This document shows, piece by piece, positions 48,860 to 57,855 of a stretch of 64,000 nt of DNA. Both the position numbers and the translations under genes were made by a program. The stretch spans positions 121,220 through 185,219 of the forward strand of contig JBBDYJ010000031.1 in the NCBI GenBank assembly GCA_040901675.1. Direction: 5' to 3'. This stretch comes from Pirellulales bacterium (lineage in GTDB: Bacteria; Planctomycetota; Planctomycetia; Pirellulales; JAICIG01). The notes beneath the pieces are model-generated. The model was not told the origin of the DNA. It saw only the letters and a program-made list of their open reading frames with translations, and did no database searches. Position 1 is the stretch's first letter. Each line of letters starts with the position of its first letter.

Positions 48860-49265
48860 TTTCCCGAGCTCCGACTTGGCCGCCATAACCGCCGGGCCGC
48901 GCATGTGGGCGGGCTACAGGGTGGGTACGCCGCCTGCCTCATAGAATAGGCGTGCGATGTGGCGAGGTTTTCTACCCCATCCGCCTTCGGCGGAACCGCG
49001 CCGCAAGTCCGCCTGTGGACGACATGTCCACCTCCGATGAATCCCCGTGTCAGTTGCAGAATGAACTGCGTCCCGAGCTGCCCCGCCCTTCCGGGCTGCG
49101 GACGGAACCGCTGGCACAAAAAGGCGGCATTCGATAGAATCGGCCATTGTTTGCCGTACTGATCGTGAACCTGTCCGGAGCAAGAAGTCTCTTCCATTAG
49201 ATGAGGACCGGTCCTCGCAAAATCCGCGAGACCGTCGTAACGGCAGTTATCGATAGGAGGTTTCG

Positions 49266-50144
49266 ATGGCGAGACGACTTTCGGCGTCGCAGTTGCGGAG
49301 CCAACTGCGGCGCGCTGAGCAAAAAGCGAAACAAGCAGTCAACAAAATCAATCATGCTATTCGGCGCCGCAATTCGCAGGTAAATCAGGCCGTCAATAAA
49401 TACAATCAAGCAGTTCGTGCACACAACTCGCACGTCCGAGCTCGCCGCCGGCGGATTACGAACGAATTGGCCAAACTGAGCCGACACTCCACAGCAACGC
49501 GATACGTTGTGTTGCGCACTTCCGTGCAGACGATGCACGCAGCGTACGCACGGTTGGAGCAGCGTGCGGACGCTCAGCCCCTGGGAGCAGAGTACGGCTA
49601 TGTCCTTGACCTGTCCGAGAAAGAAACCGCCAACAGCCTGGAGGTGATGAACGCTCTTCTCGGCATTCAACCGGACTCCGAGGAGAAACTTGAACGTCCG
49701 GAGGATCTGACGCTCCGTGACGAACTTCGAAAGATTTCTGCAGATCTAGACGATAGGTGGCGCGGAGCCGTTTTCTCCCTTGATGCTCGCAACCCCGACG
49801 CAGCCCGACATTTCTGCACAAGCGCTCGTGAAGTTATCACCCAGATCCTCGATCTCAAAGCCCCAGATGGCCAAGTGCTCAGCACGCTGCCAAACTGTGA
49901 TCGAACCGATCAGGGAAAGCCCACGAGACGAGCGAAGATTAGGTACTTTCTGCATGAGAAGGGAATGTTGGACGATGCTCTCGAAGAGTTCGCAGAGCAA
50001 GACATGGAGAATATCGTTCAATTGTTCAACGTTTTGAACGAGGGAACCCACGGCTCGGCAGGGAAGTTCGATCTCCAGATGTTGTCTTCGATCAGAGGGC
50101 GCGTTGAACACGGAATCTTGTTTCTGTCGTCGCTCGTGAACTAG
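49266..50144 (+). CDS. pPIWI-associating-nuclease-like (HEPN-related) protein with N-terminal coiled coil
   Basis: AGGAGG RBS; WRGAVFSL...NPDAARHFCTSARE...LKAPD...GKPTRRAKIRY...LNEGTH; more AT-rich than flanking core genes. Confidence 0.7.
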   Translation: MARRLSASQLRSQLRRAEQKAKQAVNKINHAIRRRNSQVNQAVNKYNQAVRAHNSHVRARRRRITNELAKLSRHSTATRYVVLRTSVQTMHAAYARLEQRADAQPLGAEYGYVLDLSEKETANSLEVMNALLGIQPDSEEKLERPEDLTLRDELRKISADLDDRWRGAVFSLDARNPDAARHFCTSAREVITQILDLKAPDGQVLSTLPNCDRTDQGKPTRRAKIRYFLHEKGMLDDALEEFAEQDMENIVQLFNVLNEGTHGSAGKFDLQMLSSIRGRVEHGILFLSSLVN

Positions 50145-50250
50145 TCGATCAACCCCTTTGCTTGCTTTCCGCTTTGATTTGCCGTTGACTTGTCCATTGA
50201 TTTGCCCGCGGAACACTGAACACTGCCTAAAGCGCGGGCTCGCGGAATGC

Positions 50251-51160
50251 CTATGTGCTGCCTTGTCCAGGTGAGGCGGGCTTCCCGGGCACTGCCCGTT
50301 CATAGGCTCCGCAAGTGTGTCGCATTGGGCACTCAAACCCCGTCGCTTTCCCGAACCACGTGTGCGAAATGCATCGCCCACTGGCGAACGACAACTCAGG
50401 TGCGTTGGCAACTTCCCGCTCATAAATCCTGCCCTTGTAGAAGCCGCAAACGACTTTCCGTTCGACCGGCAGCAGCCTCGACAAGAGCGCTTGGAAAATC
50501 GTTTCAATCAGATCCAGCACGAACGCAGCCTGCTGATTCAATTCCGCGATGACGTCTTCGATGACCAGGCACCTGGTCGCAGAACCCAAGCCCCGATGCG
50601 TGTAGACCACTTTCCGAGTCTGACCGTCGATATGGCAGCTCCCGATATCGCCGTGTGTTACTTCGGTCCGAATTAACCGCAGTCGCGGGAACCATGAACC
50701 AAACGCCGCCGCTAAGGCTGTCCGGACGTCTTCAGGAAACCCCGGGCCATACTTGCATTCGTTGGCGCGTTGGAACAACGCTTCGGTAGACTTGTTCTGC
50801 ACCCCTTTGACTTTCCGATGGGTGGCATAGATCGTCCCGCCTAACACCGTCCAGTGCTGCGTACAGCTCGCAGAACAGAGCCTCCACGAGCGCGGCGAAT
50901 TCCTTAGAGCGCCTTGCCGAGGAATGGCCCCTCTCTGCGAGTTCAGCCTCGTCCTCTGCAAGTTGCTCCTTCAAGCGCCTTGCTAGCCCGGCCAACACGT
51001 TGAACTTTGCAAGATGGTTATCCGCAGTGTTGGCGCCTTTCGATAGCTCCCGACTGACCTCGAAGGGCGGACCCATGAACAGCCGGAACTTAGTGACAGC
51101 GGTCCATTGCTCGGGAGCAAAAAAGAGCAAGAATTCAGTCGAAACGCGCCCTTCGCTCAC
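50251..51160 (-). pseudogene. HEPN-like protein gene with a single +1 frameshift (about 302 aa if joined)
   Basis: ORF 50732..51160 reads ...ELYAALDGVRR; removing one base of the C-run at 50836-50838 joins it to TIYATHRK...RLIRTEVTH (Rx4H) of ORF 50251..50961. Confidence 0.7.
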
Positions 51161-51333
51161 GCGGATCCCCGCACATAGTTTGACTGACAGCTCATTGTGC
51201 TTCCGACGGGATGCAAGCGCTATCGGATGACATCACAGTAGTTAAGTGCTTCTTGCCCGGCGCCGTGGCCGGGCGTCGTTTTGACGCGATTGCCGTTCCA
51301 GCTCCCGCCGGGTGCTGCTTTCCTTCCACCCCT

Positions 51334-54300
51334 TCACCCCTCCTCAAACCCAAAACTCTCAAACCCCAGCGTCCGGCAGTTCTCGGTCACGTCGCGCACC
51401 AGTTTCTCCGATGCCCCCTCGGGCAGCTCGGCCTGGATCTCCAGCGTAATCTCCACCTCCGCGCCCACGAGCCGCGTCAGGTGCTGCACCACCTCCTCGG
51501 CAATCTGACCCGCCTGGCGGCCCAGCCGCAAGGGGTCGATCGTCACCGAACCGTGAAATCGACGCAGTTCTGGCGGCCTGGACACCACCGTGCCCCCGCC
51601 GCCGCCAGCCGTTCCCCCACCCGTGATCGTTGCGCCGCCAGTGCCCCCAGTGCCTCCCCCGCCATTCGTCACGGTCCCGCCCGCCACACCCGGCTTCTCC
51701 GCCGCCTCCCGGTCGGCCGCGATCTGCGCCGCCGCTACATCCGGCCGCACCAGCAGGCTCTCGGCGTTCGCCAACACCTGGGCCGCCTGCCCCGCCCGCA
51801 GCCCCGTGTAGCGCCCGCGGCCCTCGTCCCACCCTTCGGCATACGCAAACGTGTCGGCCTGCCAGGTCATCAGCGCCAGACCGTCGCGGATCGCCCCCAA
51901 CAGCACGTTTTCGTCCCCCAGCCTCGGTAGGTAAAGATAGCGCCCCACGTCCTCGGCCAACTGCCTCACGCTCACGTGGTTGCCCCGCCAAAGCGGCACC
52001 CGGTCCAGCTCCAGCCGCAACGGCACGCCTCCAAACTGCACCATCAACAGCCCCTCGTTCTTCAGCTTCTTGCTCGCCCGCACCGCCAGCGGGTCGTGCC
52101 CCTGGAATCGGATCTCCGTCCATTCCAAGTCCCCCTTGGGGTCCGGCTGCCCAGGAATAAGCAGCCAGCAATAGGTCTCCGGGATCCGGCTCTCCACCGT
52201 CTCGTCGGCCGATCGACACTTGGTGTCGGCCTGCCGCTTCTGAAAGCTGTCCAGGTTCAACGACGGGTTCTCGCCCGACCCGTCCCGCACGATCGACGTC
52301 CAGGCCAGGTACTGCCGGACCGCCTGCCGCAGCTCGCCCAGCCGCGTCGCGTCCGCCGCCGCGAAGACCAGCATGTTCTTGTAGTTTCGCGGGCCCGTGC
52401 CCCGCGAGTCCAGGATGGCCGCCGCCTCGCGCCGGGCCGCGCTGCCGGCGTCCTTCGCCGTGTGAGGATGCTCGGGGCCCAACAGCACCAGCCGCGCCTC
52501 CCGTTCGTCGGGCACGTCGGCGCTGGGCATGCAGGCGTGCACCTTGGCAAAATCCCCCCTCGTGGCCGCCTCCTTGCGCAGCCGCCGCACCACCTCGTCG
52601 TCGACGTCGTCGTCCGACAACTGCACGCCCCGGTCCTCGGCCAGCCGCGTCACCGTCGGCACGGTCGAATACCAGTACCGCCGGCCGTCGACGTACAGGT
52701 ACGTGGCCGCGTCGGTCAGCCGCCGCAGCGCGTCGCCGAACGTCGGCACCGCCTCGCCCGGCTGCACGCACCCCAGCTTCACGTGCCGATCGTCGATCCC
52801 CCGGTTGGCCGCCCGTTGCATCGGGGCCGAGCCCACGTAGATCGTCCGGGCCACCCGCCGGCAGGCCGAGTACCGCCCCAGGTTTGGGTTGTCGCGGTCG
52901 AGCTTTAGCGGCAGCGAGTTCGGCCCATCCACGTCCTTTTCCAGGACGGGAACCCACTGGTCTTCGAGGTACCGCGTCAACTCGAACTGTACGATCTGAT
53001 CATCGACCGGAACATTCCCCGGCAAAATCAAGAGGTTGCCGTCCTGCCGCTCCCAGAGCGAGTGGATCACGGCGGCCATCAGACGCAACACGCCCCGCGT
53101 CCGCTGAAACTTGTCGAGCGTCGACCAGTCGTTGTACAGCCGGTCGAAAAGCTCCGGGTGTACCGGGTACGCCATCTTGATTCGGCGCTCGTAATCCGCC
53201 TCGCGGCATTCGCTGGGGAACTCCTGCTGCTGCAAGCCGTACAGCTCCGAGAAGGCCCGCGCCACCGCGTCGCGCTGCTTCGCCTGCTCGTTGTTCAACG
53301 GCTGAAACAGCCGCCGCCGCACGATCTCGAACCCCTCGTCCGCGCTGGCCGGCCGCCAGGATGACTCCACCCGCCCGATCGCGTTTTTTATGCGGTCGAG
53401 CGCCTTTTGCCCCCACTCGCCCCCGATCTCGTTGTCGCTGGAGGGCACGCTCACCACCAGCAGCGTCCGTTTGGCCGCCTTGGCCGCTTCGCTGATCGTC
53501 TGTGCGAACGTGAACTGCGTGTCGAACGTCCCCGCCGGCAGGCTGCTCCCCTCGTGCAACTGCCGCGCGTAGGCCACCCACTCGTCGATCAGCACCAGGC
53601 AGGGCGCGTACTTGTTGAACAGATCCTTCAGGGCGTTCCCCGGGTTGGTGGCCGTCGCGTCGGCCTCCTTGACCAGCTTGTAGCCTTCCTTGCCGCCGAG
53701 CTGCCAGGCGATTTCGCCCCACAGCGTGCGCACCACCGTCCCGTCCGGCTTCTTGTGCGGCTGGCCGGGGGAGATCTTGGTCCCCACGATCACCGCCCGG
53801 CGGACTCCCTCGGCCACGCTCACGCCCGCCTCCTTGACCAGGTCGTCGATGCCCGGCATTTCGCCGGCCGGCGTGCCGGAGAACAAGTGCCACAGCGCCA
53901 ACAGCGAGTGCGTCTTGCCGCCGCCGAAGTTCGTTTGCAGCTCGACCACCGGGTCGCCGCCGCTCCCCGCCAGCCGGGCCAGCGCCCGCGCCAGCAACTG
54001 GTTCAGCCCCTCGGTGATGAATGTGCGGCGAAAGAACTCGGTCGGGTGCTTGTACTCGTCGGAGCCTTCTCTTTGATACACCTGCCACAGGTCGGCGGCG
54101 AACTCGGCCTGCTGGTACCGCCCGCTCGACACGTCCGGGTGGGGCGTGGCCACCTCCCGCCACGGCTTCAGCCCGCCTTGCGGCTTGCCTTCGGTCGGCT
54201 GGAACGAGGCCTTGCGCATCTCGCCGCGCCGCTGCTCTTCGAACTGGACCCGCAGCAGGTCCATCCGCATCTGCTCGACCTCGGCGGCCTGCTCCGCCGA

Positions 54301-54669
54301 CACGGCCGACAGCAGCCGTCCCGCGCTATCGAGGGCCCGGTAGGCGTCGTTGCCGCTGAACGCCTCGTTATGCGCCCAGCGGTTGCGCACGTCGCGCAGC
54401 TCGCTCACCAGGCTCCGCTCGGCCGAGCCCAGCGTCCGCCCAAACACGTTATTCCACTGGTTCCACATGGCCGACAGCAGCACCTGCGGGTCGGCCAGGT
54501 TCGTCTTGTTCTGCTTCTTCCCCCCCGCCGGTTTTTGGCCCGCCTCCAGTCCCAGTTCCAGCCACCGCTCGCCATGCACGGCCCGCAATTCCCGTTCCAC
54601 GAACGGCGCCAGCCCCGCCCCCAGCAGGTCAAGCGCCTTGCCTACTCGTTCTCGATTACTCAGCGCCAT
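51334..54669 (-). CDS. DUF499 AAA+ ATPase with N-terminal Swt1-like HEPN domain
   Basis: LRDVRNRWAH HEPN motif; PWREVATPHPDV; EFAADL; LQTNFGGGKTH; LVLIDE; FEIVRRRLF; YPVHPE; FQRTRGVLRL. Confidence 0.9.
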   Translation of the reverse strand: MALSNRERVGKALDLLGAGLAPFVERELRAVHGERWLELGLEAGQKPAGGKKQNKTNLADPQVLLSAMWNQWNNVFGRTLGSAERSLVSELRDVRNRWAHNEAFSGNDAYRALDSAGRLLSAVSAEQAAEVEQMRMDLLRVQFEEQRRGEMRKASFQPTEGKPQGGLKPWREVATPHPDVSSGRYQQAEFAADLWQVYQREGSDEYKHPTEFFRRTFITEGLNQLLARALARLAGSGGDPVVELQTNFGGGKTHSLLALWHLFSGTPAGEMPGIDDLVKEAGVSVAEGVRRAVIVGTKISPGQPHKKPDGTVVRTLWGEIAWQLGGKEGYKLVKEADATATNPGNALKDLFNKYAPCLVLIDEWVAYARQLHEGSSLPAGTFDTQFTFAQTISEAAKAAKRTLLVVSVPSSDNEIGGEWGQKALDRIKNAIGRVESSWRPASADEGFEIVRRRLFQPLNNEQAKQRDAVARAFSELYGLQQQEFPSECREADYERRIKMAYPVHPELFDRLYNDWSTLDKFQRTRGVLRLMAAVIHSLWERQDGNLLILPGNVPVDDQIVQFELTRYLEDQWVPVLEKDVDGPNSLPLKLDRDNPNLGRYSACRRVARTIYVGSAPMQRAANRGIDDRHVKLGCVQPGEAVPTFGDALRRLTDAATYLYVDGRRYWYSTVPTVTRLAEDRGVQLSDDDVDDEVVRRLRKEAATRGDFAKVHACMPSADVPDEREARLVLLGPEHPHTAKDAGSAARREAAAILDSRGTGPRNYKNMLVFAAADATRLGELRQAVRQYLAWTSIVRDGSGENPSLNLDSFQKRQADTKCRSADETVESRIPETYCWLLIPGQPDPKGDLEWTEIRFQGHDPLAVRASKKLKNEGLLMVQFGGVPLRLELDRVPLWRGNHVSVRQLAEDVGRYLYLPRLGDENVLLGAIRDGLALMTWQADTFAYAEGWDEGRGRYTGLRAGQAAQVLANAESLLVRPDVAAAQIAADREAAEKPGVAGGTVTNGGGGTGGTGGATITGGGTAGGGGGTVVSRPPELRRFHGSVTIDPLRLGRQAGQIAEEVVQHLTRLVGAEVEITLEIQAELPEGASEKLVRDVTENCRTLGFESFGFEEG

Positions 54670-54681
54670 CAGCTCCTCCTT

Positions 54682-54856
54682 ACACTAACCCGACGCGCCA
54701 GCGAGAGGCAGTCGCCCCAGCGACCGTACTCCCTTACACCGCCCCGACGCGCCGGCGAGAGGACGGATAGGACCTCTCGCTGGCGCGTCGGGTTAGTTGT
54801 ACGCTCCTCGCACGGCTCGGCATAAGACCTCTCGCTGGCGCGTCGGGTTAGTGTTA
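54682..54856. repeat. Inverted REP cluster (ACACTAACCCGACGCGCCAGCGAGAGG family)
   Basis: Two forward and two reverse copies in the methylase-ATPase spacer; further copies near 62656 and 62772. Confidence 0.85.
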
Positions 54857-54902
54857 CTCGATTAACGTCTGTCCCCTGTCCCCTGTCCCCTCTCCGCTCC
54901 CT

Positions 54903-57830
54903 TCACATCTCCAGTGTTTGCTGCCGCTCCGCCGGCCGATTCCGCTCCGCCTGCGCCAGCCTGGTCAGCTCCGGCCAGGCGATCACCAGGCCATTGTAGG
55001 CCAGCGCCTCCTCGGCCCACTTCTTCCGCTCGCAGACGTGGTACAGCCGGTACGCCAGGTCGCGGGCCGTCTCGGCATAGCCGCCCAGCTTGTGCATCAG
55101 GGCCGCGGCGGCCGACTCGCCGTCGGTCTCCAGCGTCCGGATCAGGTGCTGCGTCGCCTCCCAGACGGTCAGCCGGCGGTCGCCGGCCGGGTCCCACTCG
55201 CCGTTCAATTCGCTACGGCTCACCAACCGCACCTTGCCCCCCTTCGCCCGGATCACTCCCGCCTCGACCAACCCATTCACGGCCGTGTTCTTCGCCTTGC
55301 TCAGCGTCTCCGCCACGCCGAATGGCCCTTCGTCCACGCCGAATTGCTCGAACCAGGCCAGCGCCCACCGCGTGTCACCGTCGAACTCCCCTTCCTGCTC
55401 GGCCAATACTTCGTCGAGCACTTGGTTGATGATCCCCAGGGCCGCGCGAACGGCCATGGGTAAGCCGTTCGTCTCGATGACCTTTGCGTAGCGGGTGAAC
55501 ACAGCCATCCCCGGCCCTATGGCCGCCTGAGCGAGGTCCACCGGAGCGATGTTGCCCTGTTGAAGACTTTTGAGCGCCTCCGGCAACTCGCGCCGCAGCG
55601 CGTTCATGAATTCCTTACGAGTGGCAAGCGGAGCATCGCTGGGTCGGGGGCGGCAGACCAGCACGATGGATGAGGCAAGCGCGTTGCTGGCCATGCTCCG
55701 TGTTCGGTTTCCCATCTCCGTTCGTATTGGCCATGTCCCATCAATTTGCCAACCAGTCTCAGCGAGTCCCTGCAAGAAAGTTTCCCACCCGGTCGATGAC
55801 CGAGGTCCATCGGCGTTGTCGGCATCTTCCGCTGACTCGTCCGCATCCTCGGTTTGTTTGAATGCGTAGTAGATTGTCGCCGGGTACTGCGCGTCCGTCG
55901 TGTCCCGCATCTTCTCGAATACCTGCCCCATCCCTCGTTCAAAAAACTGACGAGCGGCCTCCTTTCCGCCTTGGCGAAACGGGTCTGCAACCAATTCTTC
56001 ACTCTTCGGAACCAGCACGGTGCGAAGAAGCTCTGGAAAGACGGGTTGGAGACATCGGCGCAGCCACACGTAAAAAAAGTCGGACAAGTCCGCATAAGGG
56101 ACGTTGTCGTAGTAGGGAGGATCAGTCGAGATAACAGGACTGACTGGACATGCGAGGCTCTTCGCTGAGATTTGATTAACGTCCCCAATCGCCGTTGCGC
56201 GAGATTCCTTGAGTACCAATTCCGTCCAGCGTTGACTACTTCCCCAGCTCCCAGAAGAAGCACTGAATGGATTGCCCTCGGCAAAGTCCCATGCCATTGA
56301 AAGTGCTTGACGCGAGAAGACGTGCCCAATGCCAAGATTCTTCGGATCGGAACGCCAAACACACAGATTCGACCAGTAATCTGCGCATTTGCTGACGAGC
56401 AGCCCAAGAAAAAGTGCAACAGCATCGGCGTACTCGCGGCTGCCGTCTGAGTCGCGGAGGACTCGTGCTCTCGCCTCACTCACCAAGTCGGCGAATGTGG
56501 CCAACGCCGCGAGTTGTCGGTCTGTAAATAAGTGGCGGTGCTTTGTCATGCCGTAGCTTACGGGTGTAAGATAGCGGCTATCGCCGATTATTTCAGTGTC
56601 ACACAGATTGTTCGGGGGCTTCCACAACCCCGAAGCCGATTCGTGTTCCGCATTCGGCGCGAGGAATACTCGCTCGCTCCGTCCTTCAGCCACGATCGTC
56701 ATCAACCGCGTCTTGATCCGACCTGCCATCCCTTCTTCACGAATGTGCTCGCGCGTAATCGGACTTCCGGTGAGCAGGCAGGTATCTCCTGCCTTGCCCA
56801 CGGTGCCGGCGCGTGATTGATCGTTGCCGTATCGAATTTCGAATCGGTAGTTCACGCGGTTTGGTTCAATGATTGGCTCTATCCACACTTTTTTTGCCGC
56901 CTTCGTCGAAAGCCAGAAGGATCGCACGAGCGGGACGTGAGCGCCGTTGGCGACCGGGTTCGGGGAGGCGACGGTTCTGGCCCAGAGCCAGGCGATGACG
57001 GTGAGTTGCTGTCCGACGTAGGGGAGCAAGTCGGGGCGGTCTTGGGCCATCTCCGCGGTGACTTCGACCTTGGGATACAGGTGCCCGATCCGCTTTTCCG
57101 CCTCGTCGCGCATCCACTTGCCGCAGTAGCGCACGTCCTCGGCCAGCCCCTGCGCCCCCTGCCAGGTCGTTGCCGCCTTCTCACTGGCCGACTTCTTCTG
57201 CCACTCGGGATTGACCGGCGGTCGGCCCGCGAACTTGGGCGGGATCTCAATCAGCGCCTTCGTGATTAGCACCGCGACGGGATTCAGGTCGCTGGCGTAG
57301 GCCCGCAGCCCCAGCCGCTGCGCCTCCAAGGGGATCGACCCGCCGCCGCAGAACGGATCGAGCACGGGTGGCGCATGCTCCGCTAGGAAGGCGTTCACGT
57401 CCTCCGGCCTCGCCAGCATGTGCTTGATGTCGTGCGCCGTCGCCTGGCCGGCAACCACTTGCTCCGTTGCCAGCTCCCCGCCCTCGATCTTCCGCACGGC
57501 CACGCACCGGGCGATCTCCGCTCGTGCCCGGTTGATCACCCGTGGATTGTTCGAGTTCTCCCACTGCACCAGTTCTTCAATCAAAGTGAACAACTCCGCC
57601 CGCTTGCTGGCCGCCAGGTTCTCGTCGCCGGCGAACATCGGGTCGCTGTCCGGGTCGTCCACCAGCGAGCCAAAGAGCACCGCCCGGCAGGCCGCCAGCG
57701 GCCGCCGCGCCCACCACAGGTGCAGCGTGCTCGGGTGCCCATGCCGGATGGACTTCTCCCGCGCCGACGCCTTGTTGATCGCCTCCAGCGGCAGCGCCAC
57801 CTCAATCAGCTTCTTGCGGTACGTCGTCAT
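54903..57830 (-). CDS. DUF1156 adenine-specific DNA methylase (975 aa)
   Basis: KKLIEVALPL; HGHPSTLHLWWARRPLAACRA; motif I LDPFCGGGSIPLEA; motif IV STDPPYYDN; NALASSIVLVCR. Confidence 0.92.
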   Translation of the reverse strand: MTTYRKKLIEVALPLEAINKASAREKSIRHGHPSTLHLWWARRPLAACRAVLFGSLVDDPDSDPMFAGDENLAASKRAELFTLIEELVQWENSNNPRVINRARAEIARCVAVRKIEGGELATEQVVAGQATAHDIKHMLARPEDVNAFLAEHAPPVLDPFCGGGSIPLEAQRLGLRAYASDLNPVAVLITKALIEIPPKFAGRPPVNPEWQKKSASEKAATTWQGAQGLAEDVRYCGKWMRDEAEKRIGHLYPKVEVTAEMAQDRPDLLPYVGQQLTVIAWLWARTVASPNPVANGAHVPLVRSFWLSTKAAKKVWIEPIIEPNRVNYRFEIRYGNDQSRAGTVGKAGDTCLLTGSPITREHIREEGMAGRIKTRLMTIVAEGRSERVFLAPNAEHESASGLWKPPNNLCDTEIIGDSRYLTPVSYGMTKHRHLFTDRQLAALATFADLVSEARARVLRDSDGSREYADAVALFLGLLVSKCADYWSNLCVWRSDPKNLGIGHVFSRQALSMAWDFAEGNPFSASSGSWGSSQRWTELVLKESRATAIGDVNQISAKSLACPVSPVISTDPPYYDNVPYADLSDFFYVWLRRCLQPVFPELLRTVLVPKSEELVADPFRQGGKEAARQFFERGMGQVFEKMRDTTDAQYPATIYYAFKQTEDADESAEDADNADGPRSSTGWETFLQGLAETGWQIDGTWPIRTEMGNRTRSMASNALASSIVLVCRPRPSDAPLATRKEFMNALRRELPEALKSLQQGNIAPVDLAQAAIGPGMAVFTRYAKVIETNGLPMAVRAALGIINQVLDEVLAEQEGEFDGDTRWALAWFEQFGVDEGPFGVAETLSKAKNTAVNGLVEAGVIRAKGGKVRLVSRSELNGEWDPAGDRRLTVWEATQHLIRTLETDGESAAAALMHKLGGYAETARDLAYRLYHVCERKKWAEEALAYNGLVIAWPELTRLAQAERNRPAERQQTLEM

Positions 57831-57855
57831 CCTTGCGGGTTGTCTCCATCCATCT

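Noticed and set aside
48603..49197. ORFs with KLKAG / QAQGR peptide repeats
   Set aside because: These are translations of non-coding 15-bp and 7-bp DNA tandem repeats.
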